DNA from: Spirochaetia bacterium | Lineage (GTDB): Bacteria > Spirochaetota > Spirochaetia > WTKD01 > G963693115 | Direction of reading: 5' to 3' | Assembly: GCA_963693115.1 (NCBI GenBank) | Contig: OY843750.1 | Location: forward strand, 1,660,680-1,724,679 | Length of the DNA stretch: 64,000 bases | Shown here: positions 19,927 through 28,412 of the stretch, in pieces | Layout: each line of letters starts with the position of its first letter | Numbering within the stretch: position 1 is the first letter of the stretch | Notes under the pieces: model-generated | Database searches by the model: none | Told to the model about the DNA's origin: nothing | What the model saw: only the letters and a program-made list of their open reading frames with translations | Position numbers and translations under genes: made by a program

Positions 19927-20128
19927 AGAAAGAAACTTTTCATCTCTCTTATAACTTGACCCTGTTCAAGCCCTAAGACTCTGCTATCAACCCCAAAAAA
20001 TCTGGGAAAGGAGTAGAAAAAAAACAGAGAGAAACCCTAGAAAAGCAGAGAAGAAAAAAAGCCAAAAAAAAACAGGAAAAAATAGGAAAAATAATAGTGT
20101 CGCAGATACAGCAGCACCAAAACAAACG

Positions 20129-21622
20129 CTATTCGATCATTTGTATACGCTTCCACACTCCCATCTTATAACGTATAAAAAATGCTATTCCCATAATCAC
20201 ATCAAACACAATAAACAAAACCCAGGCCTGAAGTGCTTCTCCTGAACCTACAACTACAAGCCAATAGAGTACGCCACCAAACACCACATACAAAATAATA
20301 GACATGATCATGGGAACACGCGTATCTCCTGCTCCACTTAGGGTAGCAGAAAATGTGAGTGTTGCAGCATCAGCAATAAGATATACACTTACTAAGCGAA
20401 CAAATATCAATGCCGTTTCTATAACTTCACTACTATTCTTCATAGTCGGGGTAAACAACTGTATTAGCTGTGGCGTATATACTAACAAAAGAACGCTCAT
20501 GATAACCGCATAGGAGCCCATCAGTGCAAATGACACTCGAACAACTTTTTTACTTTTTTCAATATCCTTTGCTCCTATAAACCGCCCAACGAGCGCCATT
20601 GTTGCATCAAAGGCACCAATCATCGGAAGTATAAATGTACCATCCCAATTCATGGCTATGGACACCGCTGCCCCAACAGTCGGACCATAGGAATACATAA
20701 AGAAAATAAACATAGTAAATACAATAGACCCAATTAGTTCGTGTATGGCATTTGGCACTCCGTATCGGATGAGTTTTTTTGAAATCTCCCAATTCCATCG
20801 TATATTTCGAGTCTCATATTTTTTATGTAGACTATGTCCCAAATACACAGAGAGTAACAGAATCGTAGCAATAAAGGTACTAAGCACGGTTGCGAAAGCA
20901 GCACCTCGCAGGCCTAATTCAGGAAAGGGTCCAAATCCAAAAATCAGGGAATAATTAAGCGGTATATTGATAAGCATTGCAATGAGACTTGCACTCATCA
21001 CCAACTTTGTCCGTCCGAGTGCAGTAAAAAAAGCCGAAAGACCAGCCCGAAGCACAAAAGGAATGCCTCCGTATAAAAGGAGTATACGCGTATATTCGAT
21101 TTCTAGCTTAAGTTGTTGTGCATCATGCCCAAAGAATCTAAAGATATCATCTACACAAAAGCTGAGTAGGACTATCAAAGGATACGCGCATATAGTGAGC
21201 ACCACCAACTGCGAACCAACAGCCCCGCATTTTTTGTGTTCGCGAGCACCAAGATACTGAGAAGCAAGTGCATTGCCGTATTCTACCGTAACCATAAAGG
21301 CAGAGAATATCAAAAAACTCATAAGTCCACCAGAAAAGCTTGCATTAATGAGTAATTCACCCTGTCCCATTTGATAACGAGACAAGAATATCAAGTCAAA
21401 AAAAAGCAATACCTGCTCAGTAAACCGAGATATAATGATGGGCACAGAGAGGGTAAAAAATAAGAAAAAAATAGAGGGATCTTTCTGTGGATCCTTCTGG
21501 GTCTGTGGATGCGACGAGTCAGGAGAACGGGATATATCAGAATAAGGCGATACAGACTGACAGCCTAATGCTTTAGATGATACAAGAGAATCACCTTCCT
21601 GCTTCTCTTTATGAGCGCTCAT
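20129..21622 (-). CDS. MATE-family efflux transporter (downstream member of a tandem pair)
   Basis: Paralogous to 21619..23001. The start is set at MSAHKEK (ATG at 21622-21620). This overlaps the upstream stop as ATGA, which suggests translational coupling. Confidence 0.75.
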   Translation of the reverse strand: MSAHKEKQEGDSLVSSKALGCQSVSPYSDISRSPDSSHPQTQKDPQKDPSIFFLFFTLSVPIIISRFTEQVLLFFDLIFLSRYQMGQGELLINASFSGGLMSFLIFSAFMVTVEYGNALASQYLGAREHKKCGAVGSQLVVLTICAYPLIVLLSFCVDDIFRFFGHDAQQLKLEIEYTRILLLYGGIPFVLRAGLSAFFTALGRTKLVMSASLIAMLINIPLNYSLIFGFGPFPELGLRGAAFATVLSTFIATILLLSVYLGHSLHKKYETRNIRWNWEISKKLIRYGVPNAIHELIGSIVFTMFIFFMYSYGPTVGAAVSIAMNWDGTFILPMIGAFDATMALVGRFIGAKDIEKSKKVVRVSFALMGSYAVIMSVLLLVYTPQLIQLFTPTMKNSSEVIETALIFVRLVSVYLIADAATLTFSATLSGAGDTRVPMIMSIILYVVFGGVLYWLVVVGSGEALQAWVLFIVFDVIMGIAFFIRYKMGVWKRIQMIE

Positions 21623-23001
21623 TTTATCAATGTAATTTTTTTCCACTTGCCTGTAAGGTATCGTAAAAACAGACCTAATCCTAGCATGAAAGCAAAAAGA
21701 ATAAAAATCAACCATACCTGGAGAGGATCAATTTTTTTAATAAATGCAAAATAATAGATCGCTGTGCCAAAGATAAGATAAATAATAATTACAATACACA
21801 TTGCTGCCCGTGTATCCCCAGCGCCACGGAGAGCACCAGAAAATGTTAAATTAGCAGCATCAGCAAAAAGATACACACTGGCAAGACGTACAAAAAGCAC
21901 CGCGAGCGCAGTAACCTCTGGTGTATGGTTCATTTGACTGGTAAAAATACGCACCATACTGGGAGCAAACATAAGAAAACACATCCCTAATATTAAGGCA
22001 TAACTCGCCATCACCATGTATGATATTTTTGCAACACGCTGACTTTTTGCAAGATCTCCTTCGCCTATATACCGACCAAATAACGATGTCGTTGCTGCAC
22101 TTACCCCCACCATGGGCATAAAAAACGTCGAATCCCAGTTTATCGCTATCGTCACGGCAGCTCCTACCGTTGTTCCATAAGAATTCATTACCAATATAAA
22201 AAAATTAAATACCATAGTACCTAAGAACACATCAACTGCACTAGGAGTACCAAAGGTAATTAGTTTTTTTCCTATGTTCCAGTTCCATTTTATAACTCGA
22301 GTCATATAGTCTCTATTAAGAGTATTACTCAGATATACTGCCAGCAGAATAGCAACTCCAATAAAAGCACTTATGACCGAAGCATACGCTGCCCCAGGCA
22401 ACCCCAATTCTGGTAGTATTCCCACGCCAAATATGAGCGCGTAGTTGAGGGGAATATTTACTACCATAGCAATTAAGTTTGATATCATTACCACCTTAGT
22501 TTTTCCTAACCCAATAAATACGCCAGAAAGCCCCCCATTCAGTATAAAGGGGATACCCCCATATACCAATAGTATTCGTGCATACAGTGTTTCGAGAGCA
22601 CGCTGTTCTTGACTATGTCCAAAGAATGAGAAAAAATCCCCAACAAAATAACTCAGAATAAGAACAATAGGATAGAACAAAAGTGTAAGAAAGAAGACCT
22701 GAGATCCAACCATTCCACACATGTATTGTTTTTTTGCCCCCAAATACTGCGCACAGATTGCATTACTATAGCTAACCGTTATCACAAAAAACGAGAGGGT
22801 AACAAAACTCGTTAAGCCACCCGCTAAACTTGAATTTATGAGCAGTTCACCTTGCCCACTACGATACCAGGATAAAAACAACAAGTCAAAAAATAATATG
22901 ATTTTTTGAGTCGACTGCGAAATCATGACAGGCAGAGATAGTCTTAGAAAAAGAGTGAGTAAGGACGGTTCTTTACGCAAGATCAATGCTTCAGTGTTCA
23001 T
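21619..23001 (-). CDS. MATE-family efflux transporter (upstream member of a tandem pair)
   Basis: Polytopic membrane protein that can be aligned by eye with the neighbouring MATE, for example YGGIPF, LGLPGAAYA and SGALRGAGDTR. Confidence 0.8.
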   Translation of the reverse strand: MNTEALILRKEPSLLTLFLRLSLPVMISQSTQKIILFFDLLFLSWYRSGQGELLINSSLAGGLTSFVTLSFFVITVSYSNAICAQYLGAKKQYMCGMVGSQVFFLTLLFYPIVLILSYFVGDFFSFFGHSQEQRALETLYARILLVYGGIPFILNGGLSGVFIGLGKTKVVMISNLIAMVVNIPLNYALIFGVGILPELGLPGAAYASVISAFIGVAILLAVYLSNTLNRDYMTRVIKWNWNIGKKLITFGTPSAVDVFLGTMVFNFFILVMNSYGTTVGAAVTIAINWDSTFFMPMVGVSAATTSLFGRYIGEGDLAKSQRVAKISYMVMASYALILGMCFLMFAPSMVRIFTSQMNHTPEVTALAVLFVRLASVYLFADAANLTFSGALRGAGDTRAAMCIVIIIYLIFGTAIYYFAFIKKIDPLQVWLIFILFAFMLGLGLFLRYLTGKWKKITLIK

Positions 23002-23401
23002 AAAAATATCTTACCTTTTTAGTAGTTATTACTAACAAAGGGTTCTCTATCAGAAATAGTTTAAATCTATATTCGCAGTACAAGACTTCTATATTTGCAG
23101 TACAAAACTATAGTATAAAAATCCCAATATAAAACAAATATAAAACAATAACGTACTACTCTTAGCATGTATGCTACAGATAATATTAGCAAAAAAGATG
23201 GATTCTATCAGGCTAGTCTGCCAATGCAGTACACATGTTGCCTATACGCCATATATATTCACGCTATTCCATATAATACACATCATATCCAGCAAGCCCC
23301 CCCCGCCGCACGTGGGCGCGATACAAGCAAAATGTAATGTGTGAGACAATTTTTCGCTACCCTACATACTCAGGTTAATGTAGCTATGCAACACCATGAT
23401 G

Positions 23402-26400
23402 TCACCTAAAAAAAGCCCCTGTTCCTTTTAGCACTGTCCCTCCAAAGGTATAACCACCACCAAAAACGAGTACCATAATGTTTTTGTCATTGGGAAAGTA
23501 ACCGTTTTCAATGAGTTCGGTTGTACAAATAGGCACAGTACTTGAAGAGCTGTTACCATGCCTCTCTATACTAGAGTAGAACAGTGAAGGAGCGAGTTTG
23601 AGGCGTTTCTGTACTGCATTAATAATTTTTTGGTTGGCTTGGTGAGCTATTACCATATCTATATCATCAGCACTCAGTCCATGCATATCAAGCAAACGAT
23701 AGTACATGTTCATGAGTTCTGCGATAGCAGTTTTATACACATGAACACCATCCATAGAAATATATCCTTTATCTGGCACCACGAGCTTTTCTGAAGGCTC
23801 ACCGCGGGTAAGCAATATTGGCTCAGTAACATTCGCAAATCCCTTAGATGCAAGTGGATGCTTTGCACCACATACGAGAGTGGCAGTCGCGGCATCAGAA
23901 AAGACTGCCGATGTCTGCCTATCGGTAACGTCTACAAAGGGCGAGAGTACCTCCGATGTCACCACTAATACTAACTCATTAGGGTGGAGTACAAGATGCT
24001 GATATACCTCTTTAAGAGCAAATACATAGCCCGAGCATGCAGCAGATACATCGTAGGCAAAATTATCCTCCTGATGAGTATCAAATTCTGTATTGAGCAA
24101 GTATTGCACATGTGCTGCGAGCGAAGGTGTTTTAGTCGTATGTGTACCCGTTGCACAGACAATACCAGACACCTCTCGAAAGGAAATATCAAGAGAATGT
24201 AAAACTTTGCGCGAAGCATCAAATGCCATTGTTATAGTGTTTTGCGCCTCACTTACCCAATGTCGATGCTTAATACCGGTGCTCTGAACAATCTGCTCCT
24301 CACTCCAGTCCGATATTATGTTGATAAGGTCGGCATTGGTGAGAATCTTTTCTCCTAATGAGATATCACTTCTTACAAGTTTAGGACAACGAGACATGTG
24401 TTCTATTGATCCAAACTCTGCTAACGAAGTCTCGTGATCATTATGCGTATCTGAAGGACTTCCCAATATTCCTGCGGAATCACTACTATCGTGCTTCTTT
24501 TTGAGGGGTGTAATAGTAACGAGGCCTAGTTCTTCACGTGTTAGGGTTTTAAAACTCGCCTCATCACTCGTAAGATGGGCAATGCTCGTTCCTACAGGTA
24601 CAGTATCACCTTCTTCATACAATAATTTTTTTACTGTTCCTTTGACGGTAGTACTGAGTTCTATGGATGCTTTGTCAGCTTCAAGTTCTGCAATCACTTG
24701 CCCAACTTCGACCTCATCGTCTTCTTTTATCTTCCACTCAATAATTGTGACCGACTCGTCAGAAGGGCTTGATCCTATAGCAGATATAACATTGGTATTT
24801 TCTTCTGATTCTGAGATATCCTCAAACTGGACACTTGCTTCGCACATAGCTGCAATCGTCTCTATGGTGCCTTTAAGAGAAGGGAGAATCTCTAATTGAT
24901 TTTCAAAATTAAAGGGAACAAAGGTGTCGCTCCGTGCATAGCGCCTCACCTGCACCCCTTCCGTATGTTCTGCAATACGCGCTACAATCTCTGCCCCAAC
25001 ACCAAGCGAGATATTGCCCTCGTGAATTACGAGTGCCTTTTTGGTCTTATTGACACTATTGTATATTGATTCATAGTCTACGGGACTTATGCTTCTAAGA
25101 TCCAGTACTTCTAGTGAGATGCCTACTTTAGAAAAATAATCAGCAGCTGCTAACCCAAAATATACTGTATTTCCGTAGGCAATCACCGTAAGGTCCTTAC
25201 CAGATGTTAGTACACGAAGGCTCGCTGGAGCTACATAGTGGGTCGCTATATCTCTTTTAGAAATAAGATACTGTTTGGTATTGAGCTGGTTCTTAGGATA
25301 AAAAAATATGCAGGGGCGCTCTGACTCAAATGCGGTGTTGAGAAGCCCCGCAGCGTCTTGTGCATTGGATGGTATATACACATCTAAGCCAGGTATATGC
25401 GATGAAAATCCCTCCATGGAAGCAGCATGAAAAGGCCCAAGACCTGGTCTATACCCACCATAGGTTGCCATGATAATGAGCGGGCAATTCCATTCACCGG
25501 CGGTACGCCAGTGAATACTTGCAAGCTCGCTGTATATCTGATTAAATGCTATAGGAAAAAAATCAGCAAACTGCAAAAAAGCAACAGGACGCTTGCCTAC
25601 AAGCGCTTTTCCTATTGAACTCCCAAGAATGAGAGCTTCACTCAGGGGGCTGTTTTTAACTTTTCCAGGAAACTGGCTTGAAAGCCCTTTGGTAACCCCA
25701 AACACGTCACCCTTTGGATCTTCAAGGTCTTCTCCATAAAGCTCAACGTTCTTGTTTTTCTTGAGCCAGCTACGAAGTACTTCTCTTATAGCTTTTAGCA
25801 TGGTGAGCGCATCGTCATCGTCCTTTGGCTCTTGCAATGTGGGTACACGTGCGAGCGTATCACTAAAACTGGGAGACAAGTCTCTACGAGCATGGAATGC
25901 CGGTTGTGGAGTACCCACACGCTGACTCTGGTGTGCAATGGGACGTAATTCTTTAATTTTTGCGGTAATTTTTTCAAAAAATAGCGTATCAACATCGGTA
26001 TCGGGATAGAAAGACTGTATTGCAAAGCGTATGGGATCACTACCACTTTTTAAGTTTTCTATTTCTTCTTTGGAACGATATACAAGATGGTCATCAGCAT
26101 TCGTATGACTTTCCAATCGCTGCGTATGATAGACAACTATCTCTGGTTCTCTTGTCGTGCGTATTGCGTCGACAGTCTGTGAAAACTGATTGTGAAGTCC
26201 TTCTATATCAGATCCCTTGACATGTCGTATTGTTTTGCCAAGCAATTCTTTTATCAAGCCATCTTGCGTATTATAAAATGTTTTTTTGACAGTAGAAGTA
26301 GAGATTGCAAATTCGTTGTCTTGTATAAGGAACAAGACTGGTAATTTTTCAAGTAGTGCATGGATAATAGCATTATGAAACTCAGCTTGTTGTGTTGCGC

Positions 26401-26833
26401 CTTCGCCCAAAGAACATAATACCAATGGGGCTTCTTTTTTCTGCTTTATCGCTTCTGCTATTCCAACAGCCTGAAGCGCATTATTACCAACGGGCGCCAC
26501 CATACTCAGTATCCGAGCAGGTGCATAACTGACATGCGGATTCATCTGCCTTCCCTTTGATACTGAAGCGCTATTACTAAAAAGCGCATCAAAAAAGTGC
26601 TTGGGCGTCATTCCTCTTGCGAGTAGCAAAGCCTTGTCCCTGTAATGACAATGCAGGTAATCCTGCTTTATAAGGTAAGGCGCGAGAAACACATTGCTCT
26701 CATGACCCGCAGATGATACGTGAAAAAATGCTTCGCCACGTTGCGTATACTCCTTCTCCAAGAAGTCAATCGCACGGGTTGTTACCATATGGTCAAGCAA
26801 AGCAAGGTTTGTATTAGAAGAAATCTCTGACAT
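23402..26833 (-). CDS. fusion protein: 2-oxoacid dehydrogenase E1 alpha, E1 beta, lipoyl domain and 3-oxoacyl-ACP synthase III (FabH-like)
   Basis: The E1alpha TPP motif is GEGATQQAEFHNAI..LPVLFLIQDNEFAIST. The E1beta motif is FLQFADFFPIAFNQI. The lipoyl-lysine motif is ELEADKASIEL. The KAS III triad contexts are SAACSGYVFAL (Cys), VIAHQANQKII (His) and HGNSSSSTVPI (Asn). It is one uninterrupted 1143-codon ORF. Confidence 0.8.
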   Translation of the reverse strand: MSEISSNTNLALLDHMVTTRAIDFLEKEYTQRGEAFFHVSSAGHESNVFLAPYLIKQDYLHCHYRDKALLLARGMTPKHFFDALFSNSASVSKGRQMNPHVSYAPARILSMVAPVGNNALQAVGIAEAIKQKKEAPLVLCSLGEGATQQAEFHNAIIHALLEKLPVLFLIQDNEFAISTSTVKKTFYNTQDGLIKELLGKTIRHVKGSDIEGLHNQFSQTVDAIRTTREPEIVVYHTQRLESHTNADDHLVYRSKEEIENLKSGSDPIRFAIQSFYPDTDVDTLFFEKITAKIKELRPIAHQSQRVGTPQPAFHARRDLSPSFSDTLARVPTLQEPKDDDDALTMLKAIREVLRSWLKKNKNVELYGEDLEDPKGDVFGVTKGLSSQFPGKVKNSPLSEALILGSSIGKALVGKRPVAFLQFADFFPIAFNQIYSELASIHWRTAGEWNCPLIIMATYGGYRPGLGPFHAASMEGFSSHIPGLDVYIPSNAQDAAGLLNTAFESERPCIFFYPKNQLNTKQYLISKRDIATHYVAPASLRVLTSGKDLTVIAYGNTVYFGLAAADYFSKVGISLEVLDLRSISPVDYESIYNSVNKTKKALVIHEGNISLGVGAEIVARIAEHTEGVQVRRYARSDTFVPFNFENQLEILPSLKGTIETIAAMCEASVQFEDISESEENTNVISAIGSSPSDESVTIIEWKIKEDDEVEVGQVIAELEADKASIELSTTVKGTVKKLLYEEGDTVPVGTSIAHLTSDEASFKTLTREELGLVTITPLKKKHDSSDSAGILGSPSDTHNDHETSLAEFGSIEHMSRCPKLVRSDISLGEKILTNADLINIISDWSEEQIVQSTGIKHRHWVSEAQNTITMAFDASRKVLHSLDISFREVSGIVCATGTHTTKTPSLAAHVQYLLNTEFDTHQEDNFAYDVSAACSGYVFALKEVYQHLVLHPNELVLVVTSEVLSPFVDVTDRQTSAVFSDAATATLVCGAKHPLASKGFANVTEPILLTRGEPSEKLVVPDKGYISMDGVHVYKTAIAELMNMYYRLLDMHGLSADDIDMVIAHQANQKIINAVQKRLKLAPSLFYSSIERHGNSSSSTVPICTTELIENGYFPNDKNIMVLVFGGGYTFGGTVLKGTGAFFR

Positions 26834-26951
26834 AGTCTCTACAGTAATTATATCCTTTCTTCATATTACCTTGTACGGATAACACACAAAACCACCAAGC
26901 AGGATCGGTATTATTTTCTTATGTTCGGTTGGCGTGGGAGTACGATGGGTA

Positions 26952-27590
26952 CTACTCTACCTTTTCAAAAATATAGCCCGATGGTGACTTAGTGTAAGCT
27001 ATACCTCGCATTCTTTTTGTAATACTCGCTTTAGTAGGCGCAATTCCGCTCTTAGGAATGAGGTAGGTGTCTAAATTTGTGCTGGTAATGCTGAATATTG
27101 TATCTGTTCGCCTTGTATACACTGCAATTAGCCTATACGCGGTATCTAAGGATGCCATTGATGCATCTCCATGAGAATTGTTACATACGAGTAAGCCTCC
27201 TTTTTTTAAGGAATGCTTGACTGCCTGTCCAACAAATCCTGCATACTGCGAAATAACAAGGTCAAATGCTGAGATCAGGTCTGTAAGAGGTTCATAATAA
27301 TCCTGCAAGTAAAATCGTATCGTGGGAGGAACCGTATATTCTTTATAAGCGCAAATAAACTGGTATACTTGTGGGTCATCAAAAAATTTTTTTGCTGTTT
27401 TATGCGAATCAAGATACATGACCTCTGGAAATACTATCGAAGGAGTAATGTGTACGTAAGATCCAGGATATAAGACCTTGATGTTCTCACCCCAGGTAGT
27501 ACAAAGTAGTCGAAATAAGCCTATGGAGCTATAGTTTTTGTCAAGGTGATGGTATTGGTACAGTGAAGGAATCTTTATGCTATTGCACAT
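26952..27590 (-). CDS. probable class I SAM-dependent methyltransferase-like protein
   Basis: Rossmann-like motifs VLYPGSYVHITPS, FDLVISQYAG and LKKGGLLV. The assignment is pattern-level only. Confidence 0.4.
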   Translation of the reverse strand: MCNSIKIPSLYQYHHLDKNYSSIGLFRLLCTTWGENIKVLYPGSYVHITPSIVFPEVMYLDSHKTAKKFFDDPQVYQFICAYKEYTVPPTIRFYLQDYYEPLTDLISAFDLVISQYAGFVGQAVKHSLKKGGLLVCNNSHGDASMASLDTAYRLIAVYTRRTDTIFSITSTNLDTYLIPKSGIAPTKASITKRMRGIAYTKSPSGYIFEKVE

Positions 27591-27641
27591 AGTACATATG
27601 CTATTGCATATAGTATATGACTGTAGTCTTACATTGTAGTT

Positions 27642-27857
27642 TTATACTATGATTTCTATTTTTACATGTCCATCAAGCCCTTTTTCAACAATGTCGATTA
27701 GGGTTTTGATTTTTATATTATTTTCGGGATTTTTCTCAATGACAGAAATATAACTTTGTTTTTTTCCTATTTTCTCTGCAAGTTCGTGTTGTGTAAGATG
27801 TCGTTTTTTGCGAGCTTCTCTGAGCGATTTTCCTAAGTTAATATCTGATTTCCGCAT
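27642..27857 (-). CDS. XRE-family helix-turn-helix transcriptional regulator
   Basis: LREARKKRHLTQHELAEKIGKKQSYISVIEKN is a typical HTH_3/XRE motif. The start is set at the first ATG (27857). Confidence 0.8.
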   Translation of the reverse strand: MRKSDINLGKSLREARKKRHLTQHELAEKIGKKQSYISVIEKNPENNIKIKTLIDIVEKGLDGHVKIEIIV

Positions 27858-28412
27858 ATGCAACTTCGCTTTGCCAAGAGTCAAAATATATAGTTAATAA
27901 CCAAAAATTGACAAAAACCTTACAAAAAGTAGTGAATTTTCTTTATTTATTATAATACATGTGTTGTCGAAAAGACCTATTTATGCAAATAAAGTAGTAA
28001 GTTTGAATTTTATTTATGCAAATTTAAAAGATTTTAATGCTATTTTTATATAACTACTTGCTTTTATAGTTGAGATTCCATCTCTACCATATATTCAATA
28101 CAATTTAGCTCCATATAATCAAAACTTACAACAAAATTCCTATGTATTACCTCCTTGTACATATCAAGACTGGTGAATGTACTGACATGCACTCATAGTA
28201 CATACAATATTACTACTCATAATGCATATTCGCTTCATTTATTTTTTACTAAATTCTTATCCGTGAATTGTAGCATTGCTACCCACGATCTTTCACCATG
28301 CTGATTGCTTGTACTCGTGATTCTTTTTCTGTAGCTTAGCTCGTTTTAATCTCTATATCTTCTTTGCTATAGCCAATATTCCATGTGTTGATTATTCTTC
28401 TTTAACCTTGCT

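Noticed and set aside
21623-21715. N-terminal extension of the second MATE gene given in the ORF track (start at 21715).
   Set aside because: The extension overlaps the upstream MATE gene by 97 nt. The internal ATG at 21622 gives a classic ATGA stop/start overlap and still precedes all TM segments.
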